Part shown: piece by piece, positions 1 through 11,888 of the stretch | Numbering within the stretch: the stretch's first letter is position 1 | Layout of the letters: each line of letters begins with the position of its first letter | Origin: Amoebidium appalachense | Taxonomy: Eukaryota > Protista > Ichthyosporea | Assembly (NCBI GenBank): GCA_963693365.1 | Contig: CAVNZM010000005.1 | Span: forward strand, 186,001-250,000 | Length of the DNA stretch: 64,000 nucleotides | Direction: 5' to 3' | Made by a program: the position numbers and the translations under genes | The notes under the pieces: model-generated | What the model saw: only the letters and a program-made list of their open reading frames with translations | Database searches by the model: none | Told to the model about the DNA's origin: nothing

Positions 1-505
1 GCTCGTGGAAGTGCTTCACGTGGCCCTGCAACCAGCGCCACCTGCCATATATGGTTATTTCTTGCATGGCCCCCTAGAATTTTACCAATAGTACCTTGCA
101 GCCCTTGCACTCGGCCAACTCTTCCTTTTGTAGGTGATTATTTTTAGCAGCAGGATCTACGAGCTTATTAGACGGAATGGACGAGTGTTATTGGGCGAAG
201 GGCTTATGTGTGCAGCCAGAGGTTGCAAGCTGAATTTACGTGTGCTTTGGGAAGGATTGGCTGACAACGAATATGCCTAGTAGGGGTTGACCGGTGAGGT
301 GCATGGTTTCGTCATGAGTACTTTTCTAGCCGTTGTGTATCTGTGTGTACGTGTGTGTGTGCACGCGCACGTGTGCATATGTGTGAGCGTGGGCGCGCGT
401 GTGCGTGCGTGTGGCGTGCATGCGCGCACATGTGCGTATGTGTGTGCATGGATGCTTGCGTGTGTGCTTGCGTGCGTACGTGCGTGAATGCGTGTGTATG
501 TGTGT

Positions 506-560
<55 letters not shown>

Positions 561-565
561 GTATA

Positions 566-599
<34 letters not shown>

Positions 600-1034
600 T
601 CGCGCGTGCGGGCGCGGGCTTGTGCGCTCACTTGTGCATCATGATGCCATGTGCATGTGTGCATGTGGTGTGTATCCGCGAGTGTTTTTCTGCAACCAGA
701 TTTGTGGCAAGGGATGCAGCACGTGTTTTTCTGCACTGAATGGCATAGATGCTGTGGGCGTATACCATTATATGCGTATGTTATGTGTGCATAACACATA
801 TGTAACGTACGGGTGTATGAGTACATTTACACAAATTGATGTGTGCCCATGTAAATGCCACCATAGCATGCAGGGCCGTGCTATGCACTGAAATATGGGG
901 TACTCAACACAGACTTCGAGCGCCCGTATGTACAGCCTTTAGTCAGGTATCATAAGGTGTGTGCGTGTGCGTGTGTCTGTATGTGCGTGTGTGACATGTG
1001 CATGTGCTTGTGTGTTATGTTATTCCGTGTCACC

Positions 1035-1157
1035 TCATACACATTGAGGCGAAAGCCATCCTCCATATGGCCTGCCTAAACAGCCAGGCAGAATGATATG
1101 ATCAGTGTGTGCGTGCGTGCGTGCGTGCATGCGTGCGTGCGTGCGTGCGTGCGTGTG

Positions 1158-1189
<32 letters not shown>

Positions 1190-1650
1190 TGTGTGTGTGT
1201 GTGCGTGTGTGCATGTGTGTGTGTGTGTTGTATGTGTGTGTGTGTGGTGTGTGTGTGTGTGCGTGCGTGTGCGTGCGTGCATGTGTGTGTGTGTATGCTG
1301 GATGGAGAAGAGGGGTGGTGGTGGGGCGGGTGGGGAGGGGGGGGGGGAACAGGGGAGAGGGGAGGAGGGAATCTGATATGTTGCATACCCCGTGTGCATC
1401 AATTTTGCCTAGTGCAGATGCCATGATAGCATGGTGTGTGCGAGATAGTGCACGCAGCGTATCACCGACATACACGTGTGCGATATTGCAAATGCGGTGC
1501 CAGATGATGCGCTCCTCTGAATGCTCTTCACATGTTACATGTGCGCACACACAATCACATGTAGACGGACACGTACATGCGCGTCCACAGCGGCAGGTCG
1601 TCGTACTCGTCCCAGGAGTCGCGATCGTCATCGTCTCCGTATGTGTCCAT
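1035..1650 (-). CDS. 5' exons of an unknown spliced gene, probably running off the left window edge
   Basis: ATG at 1650 gives MDTYGDDDDRDSWDEYDDLPLWTR, followed by a GTACGT donor (exon 1577-1650). Further candidate exons at ~1476-1516 and ~1035-1070 (MEDGFRLNVYE|GT). No recognisable domain. Confidence 0.4.
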
Positions 1651-2299
1651 GGTGCCCGGTTATTGTGTCTGTACTCTACTAGCTAGCATGTATATCAAAG
1701 GCACACGGTTGCCTGGTTGTCGCCCGGCCCACTACCTCTACATGCACCCTGAACTAGTACATAGTGCTGTCACGGTGAGTGGTAGTGACCCCGTAAGCCC
1801 CATATGCATGCTCACAACGGTGCTGCTCAAGTTGGGTTTGAATCGTTCGGGCATGTGTTTTAGATCATAATGGGTTCGATGGATAGCTTTTATTTTTCAT
1901 ATCACATTGTGTGCTTTTCTTTTTTGACAAAAATACAACCACGTTGTTAATCATGTAAAGCAGTTGTATCTCCTGTGCTGATTTGGGCTACGTGGACAAT
2001 AAGTCACGTGCACACATGTCTAGGGGTGAGGACCATTTTCTACCTAAATGTCAAGCCCTGCGTTTCTTTAGATCCAAAGTTCAAATCTACCAATCATATC
2101 GGCGTCTACGATTGCACCAATCATTTTCTGAGCGATCTAATTATCCTCAATTCCTTAGAGTAGGAAACCATGTTACTGGTAGCTTCATTAGAAGTCTAAG
2201 AGAGCGTTTAGAAAAACGGAATGTGCAGAAAAGATTATGGTTCTAGCACTCTTTATCCTGCAGCTATGTTATAATTGTTTACATAGCCGAACCCCAGCG

Positions 2300-2500
2300 T
2301 TTTTCAACTCAGACTGACAGTCTGACAGACTACTCCGGGACCTCCGAGCCCCGAGATTCGGAAGTTAGATTGGAATGCCTTTTTTATCATTACGTGGAGG
2401 GTGATTGGACAAATAGAATAGATCTACTGGTTCAGGCGACCAATCATCTTCTTTTTCTATAAACAGCACCCTTTACCCCAAAATAGACTGGCCCACCATG
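2300..2500. promoter_or_regulatory. Probable bidirectional promoter region
   Basis: Microsatellite-free stretch between divergent genes, with CCAAT boxes on both strands (gattgg x2, ccaatc) and a tgacagtctgacag motif. Confidence 0.3.
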
Positions 2501-3401
2501 CGGATTTGGTTGCCGCTTTTGGTCGCTCAGCCACGCCAAGGCTTCGAGCGGTCATCGGTTGCTTTCCAGTCTCTGTCGCCGCCCGAACGTGTGTGCCCTA
2601 TTCCCCCTCCGTGCTTGTATATATAGTGGGTGGTGTAGTTCAGGGGGCATGGTAGGAGAGAAAAACAGAGCGAGGGGTGATGGCTCATAGTGTGCGTAGA
2701 ACTTGAATAGATCAACGACTAGCTGTGAACTGCATTTGCAGAGGAAGTTACAAGGAGCTTGAATGGAATAACTCTGACAGAGAGGGTGAAAGGGCAGATT
2801 TCTTGTGGGGGAGTGAGCTGTACAGACATACTCGGTCCACCGGCATTGTGGAAATTCTTTCGTACACGTAGGGTTGAATTACCAGTGTGCCATCAGAGAT
2901 GCAAAGCCCCGGAGCCGACATACCGACATACCCACCCACGCCTGTACACAACACACCCCATAACTGCACACTGCACATACCCGGGTAGAGTTTAGAACGG
3001 TCACGCACTCACACATGCGACTTGAATCAAATCTGCTCGCATACCAGCGCACTACTAGAGCATATATGGTCTCGATCGTTCTGCAGTGGCGATGATGTTG
3101 AGTCCTGCCGACACACACCCCGGCCCAAGAACACACACCTACACGCGCATTTACTCCAGCAGCAACAAGACGCATTCTAGGGGCGAAGTCTTCGCACACA
3201 CGCATACTTGCGGTGCCTACCAATGCTCGTTCACGCACACATTGTACACACACATACAAGTACACATCCACAGACGTACACACGCCACTTTGTGCACATG
3301 CATACACATGGAACAACTTCGCATGGCACGTTCACACAGCAGTATAAAGCACACACGCGCATGTAGTAACCCATGCCCCTGCAGTTGGGAGCCACGGGAA
3401 G

Positions 3402-5151
3402 ATGCTGCGCCCACTGACACAGAAGACTGCCCTGCTGGGCTCACGGGTACGTGCTTTTTTTTGTGTGTGTGGGGGGGGGGGGGGGGGGGGGGGGGAGGGG
3501 ACCCGGGGTGTTTTTGGTTCGATACCGTGTGCTATGTATTTTTTGTTTGAGGAGGGTTTGGAGGAAGAAGGGGGAGGGGGGGGGGGGGGGGGAGGATAAA
3601 AACAGGGGTGGTTTTAGGGCATTTTATGCTTTTCATCATTATCTGTGTGTGGCAACATCATATTGTTATGCCTCTTCCTGAAGCAGTGTTGCTAAACACC
3701 TCTCTGTATATGTGCATGGCTGGAGAGCAGAAGCACACACACATGGCGATACAGTCAGTGCATACAGGCACTACGGTTGCAGGTGGGGTGTGCAAGTGGT
3801 GCCTATGTGGCCCGTAGTTTCATGTGTTTGTGTTATGTGCTCTGAAGAGACGGTAGCGGCTCAACGTGGTTGGCGTATTTGCACCATCTATGGCCTAGAT
3901 TGTTTCCATATATGGGCCTGACCATGCCATTTATGGTGCAGGGTGCGCTGTATGGGGCTGCTCGGCAGCTGGTCACTGCGGCCCGCCTGAGCTTCCAGGA
4001 TGCCGTGGAGTCGGCCCCTCTGGCCCGCGTACGTGCACGTGCACACACACACACACACACGCACACACACACACATGCACATGCACATCCCCTATTACAG
4101 GCAGAATTGTGTTTGATGGCCCATCGAGGTATTGCTTGAGATTTTAGGGGCCATCAGGTGGTGTGGGGCCTGGGTTCTGGGCTGGCCGGGGATGACCAAG
4201 TGGTGTGGGGTGTCGTGTTGGGTGCTGAAATGAGCTCCAAGGCTGATGGCAGAGGGGCCACCGAGATTCATGCTCTCTCCATCTGTTGTGGCCTTTGTTC
4301 ATGTTTGATCCCCCCCCCCCCCCCCCCCCCCCCCGTGTGGGGTTAAGCAGTTCATGTTTGATGCACAACTAAGGTGCATGTCTGCAGGTGAGCCGGCTGG
4401 GCAATGGGCTCCGTGTGGCCACCGAGCCCACGGACAGCAACGTGGCCACAGTGGCCGTGCTGGTCGAGGCCGGGTCACGGTTCGAGAGGGAGTCGGGTGC
4501 GGCTAACATGCTCGAGCACACTATGCTCAAGGTAAGGGGATGGGTGGGTGTGGGTGTGCACACGTTGAGGGTTTGGCTTGATGAACCCATGGTGGGGTGC
4601 ATGAAGCAGTCACGTGTGCACAGGCAGACGCATGCAGGCCTATGTGCAGGGTCACGTGTGGCTGTGCGCGTGCAGGGGCATGCCACGTGCACGCACAGGG
4701 CCAGATGAGGAGAAAATGAGGCTGTGGCCGTGGTGGTCCGGGTGTGCATGTGCATGTGGGCGGTGGTTGCAACAGTGGGAGTGCTTGGGCATGTGTGGGT
4801 GTGTGGAAGCCCGGGGATGCACGTGTGGGTGTTAATGTGCATGTGTAGGTGCTCGTGTGTGTGTGGGGTGGGGGGTCTGCGGATGATGGGTGCCCCAGGA
4901 TTGGGGGTTGGGGGGTGTGTTTGAGCATGGGTAGGGTGTACAGGTGCATGTGGACTGGGGGAAGAGGGAAGAGGGGCCGGGGGGGGGGGGGGGGGAGGGG
5001 GGGGGGGGTTGATGTGTGCAATGGCAGTAAGGTGCTGACGGGGCCACAGGGTGCCGGGGGGCGCAACCAGGCAGCCATCGAGGCCGAGATCGAGGCCCTG
5101 GGTGGCAGCATCAACATCGTCACCGGCAGAGAGACAACGGTGCGTGCGTTT

Positions 5152-5182
<31 letters not shown>

Positions 5183-6267
5183 GGGGGGCATGGAATGCCC
5201 CGAGGGTGGGGGCGTCTGGAGTAGGGTTGGCCGGTGTGATGGTGGGACCAGCCTAGTGCACAGGGTGTAGGTGGGTAACGCGCAGCGGTAGATTTGAAGG
5301 GGGATGCTCAGCAGGCTATGGTTTGGGAGTGTGGGTGGGGAGGCCAGGGAAGGGGAGGGGGGTCACACGGAGAGTGGGTTGGTGGGTAGGTGGTGTGCCC
5401 GCCACTTTCCGGTTTGCCACATCTTGTATGTGCACGAGGGCAGGCGCAGCGCCTGAAGGTCACAGGCCTGTCTGCTGCATGCCGCTAACCACCCACACAC
5501 ACGCAGGCCATCTACACGACCACCCCTGCGGCCAATGCAGGCAAGGCCCTGGCCCTGATCGCCGACTGTGTGCAGCACCCCACCGTGTCTGACGAGGCCC
5601 TGGCTGCATCACGTGACGTGGCCCTCAGGGAGATGACGTCTATTGATGCCACCATGCCCGAGCTAGTCGTTCTTGACCACCTGCATGCCACTGCATACCA
5701 GGGCCACCCACTGGCCCGCACACCAATTGGCACCAGCAAGGCCGCCCAGACCATTGGCCGGCAGCAGGTGCTGGACTACCACAAGGCAAACTTCGGCGCA
5801 AACCGCATGGTCGTGGCTGCGGCAGGCAATGTCAACCATGACGAGATCGCAAAGGTGCGTGTGCGTGGATTTTTTATTATATCATTTTTTTCTTTTTTTG
5901 GGGGGGGGGGGGGGGGGGGGGAAGTGGGTAAATGGAAAGGTGAAACAGGGCGAGGGGCAGGGGGGGGGGGGGAGGGGCTGGAGCTGGAAGTGGAATAGGG
6001 CGCGATGGTGTGTGTATGTGCGCGTGTGGCTGTGGTTGTTGGAAGATGGGGGGGGTTGTGTTTGCCACACCACATCTTCCTGTGCATGCGGGTATGGTGC
6101 TGACTGTGGGCCGACAGGTTGCCGAGCAGAGCTTTGGGTCTCTGGGTCAGGCGGCAAGTGTCGGCGTGGCCCACCCTCGCTTCATCGGTGAGTGCGGTTG
6201 GGGTGGTTGTGGGCATGGTGGGCAAGCACGGTGAAAGGAAATAGGCTAAGGTCCGTGGCATTGCAAG

Positions 6268-6308
<41 letters not shown>

Positions 6309-6566
6309 GGTCACTGGCGGATGCGCCTGGAAGGCGAGGGTGAGCTTGCCAGTGCCGTGCTGGGTGACCATGTGGTGCCTGGGTGTGCCCATGCTTGAGG
6401 CGGTGGCTGTGGTACCTAAAAGATGAATGCAAGGTCGGGGATATGCCCTGACACACAGACACATACTCCAAACACACCGCAAACACCACAAGCATCCACC
6501 TGCACACAATAAAACATGCGAGCGTGCATGACCATCACACACAAATACACGATGCACATCACACAC

Positions 6567-6603
<37 letters not shown>

Positions 6604-8564
6604 GGCTCCGAGATCCGTCACCGTGACGATGAGATGCCCCTTGCCCACATTGGTGTGGCCTTTGAGGGCTACGGCTGGACCCATCCCGACTACTACGCCC
6701 TGCAGGTGGCCACCACCCTGATGGGCAGCTGGAACAAGACCCTGGCCAAGGCCAACAACCTGGCATCTCCCCTGGCCCAGCAGTGCTGCAAGTGCGTTCA
6801 AGGGGGGCGAGGGGGAGGGGGGGGGGCTTGTAATCTTGGTGGTGTGCGCCGGATAATGGGGGTGGGTGGGTGGGGAGGGAGAGGTGTCGTTCCCGGCGTA
6901 TATATGGTGTGTGTGCTTTTTTTCTGAGGGGAGGAGGGGGAATGGTGAAATGTTGGTGTGTGATTTATGGGGATGTGTGCACGATAGGGGTGGTGGGTGT
7001 GTGGCGTGCATGGGAAGGGGAAAGCAAAATGGTAAAGCAAAACGGTGGTGTGTGCATGCTTGAGATGAGGGGGGTAGGGGGAATCCATGAGGGGGCGTGG
7101 GTGCATTGGGAGACGGAAAGGGGGGGGGGGGGGGGGGGGGGGGGCGTGTCGTGTGTGGCGAGGATGGGATGGTGGCAGTGGGTGTAGGTGGCATCTCTTT
7201 GGTCTGTCCGGTCTGTGTGTGTTGGTGTGAGTGTGTGCGTGCGTGCTCGTGTGTGTCTGTGTGCGGGTGTTTTGGGGGGGGGGGGGGGGGGGGGGGGGCA
7301 GGGGTGAAAGAAGTAGGTGAGGTTGGCTGCTGGGTGCAAGCTTGGGGGTGTCTGTGTAAGCTTAGGGACTGAATGTGGAGGCCTGGCTGTACTCGTGGTG
7401 ATGCAAGGTAAGGGGGCATGTGTGTGTGAGGGCAAGCAGGATTCAGGTGTGCTGGTGCAAAGTAGGATTTGGACATGCAGGTGTAGTATTTAAAGGATAA
7501 AGCGTGCAGTGGGATAGGTGAAATATGTGTGTGTGGGGGAGGGGGGGGGGGGGGGGGGGGGAAGGGGGGTTGTAGCTGGGTAGTGTGTGTGTGTTGTGTT
7601 TGGGAGGGGATGTGAGGTGGTTGTGTGTGCTGACCGCGCACACAGTGAGGACACCTGCGAGAGCTACACACACTTCAACCAATCATACACCGACACGGGC
7701 CTGGTGGGTGTCTACTTTGTGGCCGACCGCTTCACCGTCGACGATGCCCTGCACGAGATCCAGGTGCGTGGACACAACACGGGCACGTGCACACACATAG
7801 GTGCACACATGCTTGCACGTTTGACATGTGCATATCCGTTCATACGTGCACATATACAGTGCACACACACGTTGTTCACACATGCACGCACACACATCCA
7901 TATAAGCCTCAACACAGGTGCCCACACACGCACATTTGTATGCTCTGGCGCGCACACACATCGATACACAGGATTACACTGGCACATGGGCACTCTGGTC
8001 CATGCAAGGGTCATGGGTGGCGCGCACACATATTCCTACACACGTGCGCGCACACAAATGTACACCGCGCACGAACACACATCTGTGCACACGTGCATAG
8101 CACACATGTACTTGGTGAAACACACATAGCCATACACCCAACCACGCACATGCACACAGGTGTGCACATATAGTCCTGGCCGTGCTGTCCCACTTGCACG
8201 TGCACTGCACACAGTGCATTCACGTGATTATGTGCACAACAAGCCTTGCCCCCCCCCCCCCCCTCCACACACACACACACACAGCACCGAGACAGCACGT
8301 GCACATGCACACAGTGCAACTATGCACGTGCATGCTGATCGCCACTCACACCTATCCCGCAGACCGAGTGGATGCGCCTTGCTGTGGGTGCTGCCGACAA
8401 CGAAGTGGCCCGGGCCAAGGCGCAGCTCAAGTACCGCCTGGTGTCCTCTCTGACGTCATCGGTGTCTGTGGCCGATGATCTGGGCCGCCAGCTGCTGGCC
8501 CTGGGCAGGCGCATGCCTCTGGCTGAGGCCGTGGCCCGCATCGACGTACGTCCACCCCCCACAC

Positions 8565-8605
<41 letters not shown>

Positions 8606-9014
8606 TCTACACAAGCATCACGCACACAGCCCGCAAACCGTTTCCAGCACTGCATGTGCATGTCATGGGATGCCCAACCGAGTCGTCCTGCACATGGCCA
8701 CAGCCTCACGCAATGCACAGTGCCTCGCCTACTCCCTGCTGCTTCTGTGCAAGTGCAGTCACCTGCACACCACATGGTCATTGCTGCCAGGGGCGGAGGC
8801 TTGGGGGTGATCTGTGCATGCTATCAAGGGTGACCCCATGGACTTGCCCCCGTTCGTACTCTATCCCCCCTTGGGCCCTCCCTGAGGATGGGCTCTGCTT
8901 ATGACGCATACTGTGCGCATCGCTGATGTTGCATACTTGAATGTTTGCCTTTGCATGTGTCCTGCACCATGCTTCTCATCGTGTATGCGTACTTCGTGCC
9001 GTGTTCCGCATTCA

Positions 9015-9066
<52 letters not shown>

Positions 9067-9315
9067 CGAGGATGGGTTCTGTTGGTGTTGCATGCTACTT
9101 ATGTCCTATGTCCTGTGCCGTATGCCTGGACGTGTGTTTGTGCTCTGCACGGTGCTCACGGCCACCCCCCCTAGGCCGTGGATGCCTCCTCTGTGCGGCG
9201 CAGCATCAACCAGGTCATGGTGGACAAGGACCCTGCAGTGGTCGGTGTGGGCCCCGTCGAGGCCCTGCCGGACTACAACCGCATCATGTCAGGCCAGTGG
9301 TGGGCTCGCCTGTAG
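3402..9315 (+). CDS. Mitochondrial processing peptidase beta / cytochrome bc1 Core-1-like protein (M16B family), ~470 aa, 10 coding exons
   Basis: Phase-consistent GT-AG exons: 3402-3446, 3942-4028, 4388-4531, 5050-5139, 5507-5854, 6118-6187, 6605-6791, 7646-7763, 8363-8545, 9175-9315. Arg-rich presequence MLRPLTQKTALLGSR. Family motifs LGNGLRVATE, AGSRFE, DHLHATAYQGHPLARTPIG, RMVVAAAG, SYTDTGL, DDLGRQLLALGRR and C-terminal VGPVEALPDYNRI..WWARL. Confidence 0.93.
8871..9016 (+). mobile_element. Non-autonomous (C)n-targeting element family A, 5'-truncated copy in intron 9
   Basis: Near-identical to 9811-9941 and 57253-57398. Ends ccgcattcaaa immediately before a C-tract. Confidence 0.85.
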
Positions 9316-9569
9316 AGCTATAAATGGCTACACGTGCCATAAATAGCTTACTGCCTCCTGCACCTTAGCTTCTCCTTTCACCGTCACCTCACACCCCCAT
9401 TAAGCCGACCCCAGCAGTGGATATGCTCTTAGACCACTGCTCTGGTGCCTGCACCCTGTACAGACCCGCTGTGCCATTGCATGGGGTGGGAAAATAAACG
9501 TGCAGGCATCTGAACTCTGGCCAATATGGCCGTGTTGTCTGAAACCCCCCCCCCCCCCCCCCCCCCCCT

Positions 9570-9941
9570 TCTATGCAACCGGGCATGGTTGCTCTGTGTC
9601 GTGCATCTGTAAGCACATCACATTTTCCGCTGCACTGCATTAGTTTGCACACACAAATTCACCGTTTTGCTCACCTTGCTTGCATAAGCAACCCTGCTCG
9701 TCTTTGATCAAGACGGGTTGACCCTCCCAAGTTCAGTTGACGCTGCTGTCTGAGTTGGAGAGTCGTATATACGCGGGCTAAGGGGTCGAAACTCAGACGC
9801 AATTGATGACTTGGGCCCTCCCTGAGGATGGGCTCTGCTTATGACGCATACTGTGCGCAGGGCTGATGTTGCATACTTGAATGTTTGCCTTTGCATGTGT
9901 CCTTCGTGTATGCGTACTTCGTACCGTGTTCCGCATTCAAA
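9570..9941 (+). mobile_element. Non-autonomous PLE-associated element family A, near full-length
   Basis: Aligns with 57011-57398. Flanked by C-tracts; 3' end cgcattcaaa is shared with the PLE 3' end at 45890-45900. Confidence 0.88.
9683..9843 (+). ncRNA. Candidate rearranged hammerhead ribozyme with kink-turn (family A)
   Basis: Closing stem cataagca/tgcttatg. Stem II gaccc 9720-24/gggtc 9783-87; GAAA 9788-91; stem III gtctgagt/actcagac; GUU 9754-56; stem I ggag 9757-60/ctcc 9818-21; CTGAGGA 9822-28. Confidence 0.7.
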
Positions 9942-10440
9942 CACCCCCCCCCCCCCCCCCCCCCCCCACACACACACACAAAGAAAAACACACGCGCAGA
10001 CACCACCACCACCACACACACACACACACACACACACCCTCTTCCACCCTCCTCTCCCCTCAAGTGGTCGACCGGTGGCCACGGCTCCGACCCACCCATG
10101 AAAAAGGAGCTCCCTACCACCACATCAACACCTTTACCCAGGTTACTAGGCTTATAGTAGTTCTCGAGTCACAGTTGCAGCTTCCACTTTGTTGTTGTGT
10201 GCATTCTACTAGATGCAACCTGGCTCAACCCCAGGCCCTCTCCATTTCCCGGTCTGTCCCGTGCCAATCATATGGGATGGTGTGCTCACCCTGTGCACGT
10301 GGCCCGGTGACATCAACACTTCAAAATTGAATATATACTCGAGGTCTGGGCGCGGTGGCGGTAAAATCGATAATCTTGGCTTAAACCAAGGAGGGAGCTC
10401 GAAGGGGAAAACTCTGACGGAGGCCTGGCCGCCGGCAGGG

Positions 10441-10520
<80 letters not shown>

Positions 10521-10822
10521 CGGCACAGCTGCAAGATTACTCGAGCTCGCTGGTCAGTTTGATTTGCACGGTCTTCATTATATATCATGATACATCGATA
10601 TTCTTGGCCGAATGTTTTGAAATGGCCACAAGCCACCCCCAAATTCACAGTATTGTCTTTGTGTGTGGCCACACTCCTGTACCGGGATATAGTGAAATCC
10701 ACGGTGACCACGTCTACGCCGCAGGGAGACCATGATATACTGTTCAGATCTAGAATTGAAGCGAATAAAAATTAAGCCCCTTAACTGGATAATACGATCA
10801 CCCACATGCACCTGCGTACCCC

Positions 10823-10858
<36 letters not shown>

Positions 10859-11170
10859 TAGTTCTATAAACCGCAAACAGCCATTGAATACACGGGCATA
10901 CTACATATTTATCTTGTCACTCACCCTTCCGCAGGGCCAAAAATCACATCGTCACCTATGTATGTGCGGCACCATACTGGCCGGTAATGGGTCCAACCAT
11001 GTGGCCTTTAAGATCCACATGTTATAGGCATATCAATGGGACTAATATTTCGATTGCGGTACACGTACTACTAGAATGATGGGATTTGCGGACAATATCC
11101 TAATAATATGTGCCGTGTGTGTGCATACATCTTGTGGTGTGCCTACAGGCATATGTGCCTCTGTGCAGAC

Positions 11171-11210
<40 letters not shown>

Positions 11211-11580
11211 GGTGTGTGGTGTGTGTGTGTGTGTGCTGTGTGTGTGTGTGTGTGTGTGTGTACGCGGACGTCTGCGTGAGTGTGCCGTTTGGGTGGATAT
11301 GAGTGTGCGCCGTGAGTGTAAGTGTTGAATGAAGACTTGACATGCACACATGGGCCTAGAAATTAAACTCTGTGTGTGTGTGTCACAGCAAACTGAATAA
11401 GTGTGGATGTGTGCGGCACACCAGCCTAATGCCCTGCATTATTGCCCCACCTCCACCTTGCTGCCCCCAGCCACGGCAACCCCACAGCCACGCTGGGCCC
11501 ATCAGTCGTCAAAACTGTAGCCGGCATTCTCATGGGCCTTCACCTTCTGTGGACACACACAGTCAGGGGGATGCGTACTA

Positions 11581-11687
11581 CAATATTAATATTGATATTG
11601 ATATCAATATCTAATATTAATATTAATACTGATATCAATATCTAATGTAAATATTAATACTGATATCAATATCTAATAATATTAATA
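11581..11687. repeat. AT-rich ~30-bp tandem repeat (x3)
   Basis: Unit approximately aatattaatactgatatcaatatct, with internal palindrome tgatatca. Confidence 0.85.
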
Positions 11688-11819
11688 GGGTGGCAGGTTG
11701 GTTGGGGACTGGCCTTGGGCAGAGGCAGGGTGCAGCGGGCGAGTCGAGCGGCTGCCACATCGGTAAGGTTGTAGTGGCGTAACGGTGTAGTGTTGTAGTG
11801 GGTGGTATGGTGGAGGAAT

Positions 11820-11888
<69 letters not shown>

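Noticed and set aside
9805-9846. SECIS-like reading of atgac..gggccc..gggctc..tga
   Set aside because: There is no apical AA motif, variant C lacks the AUGA, and the PLE ORF has no in-frame UGA. The nucleotides are better explained by the K-turn and hammerhead core.
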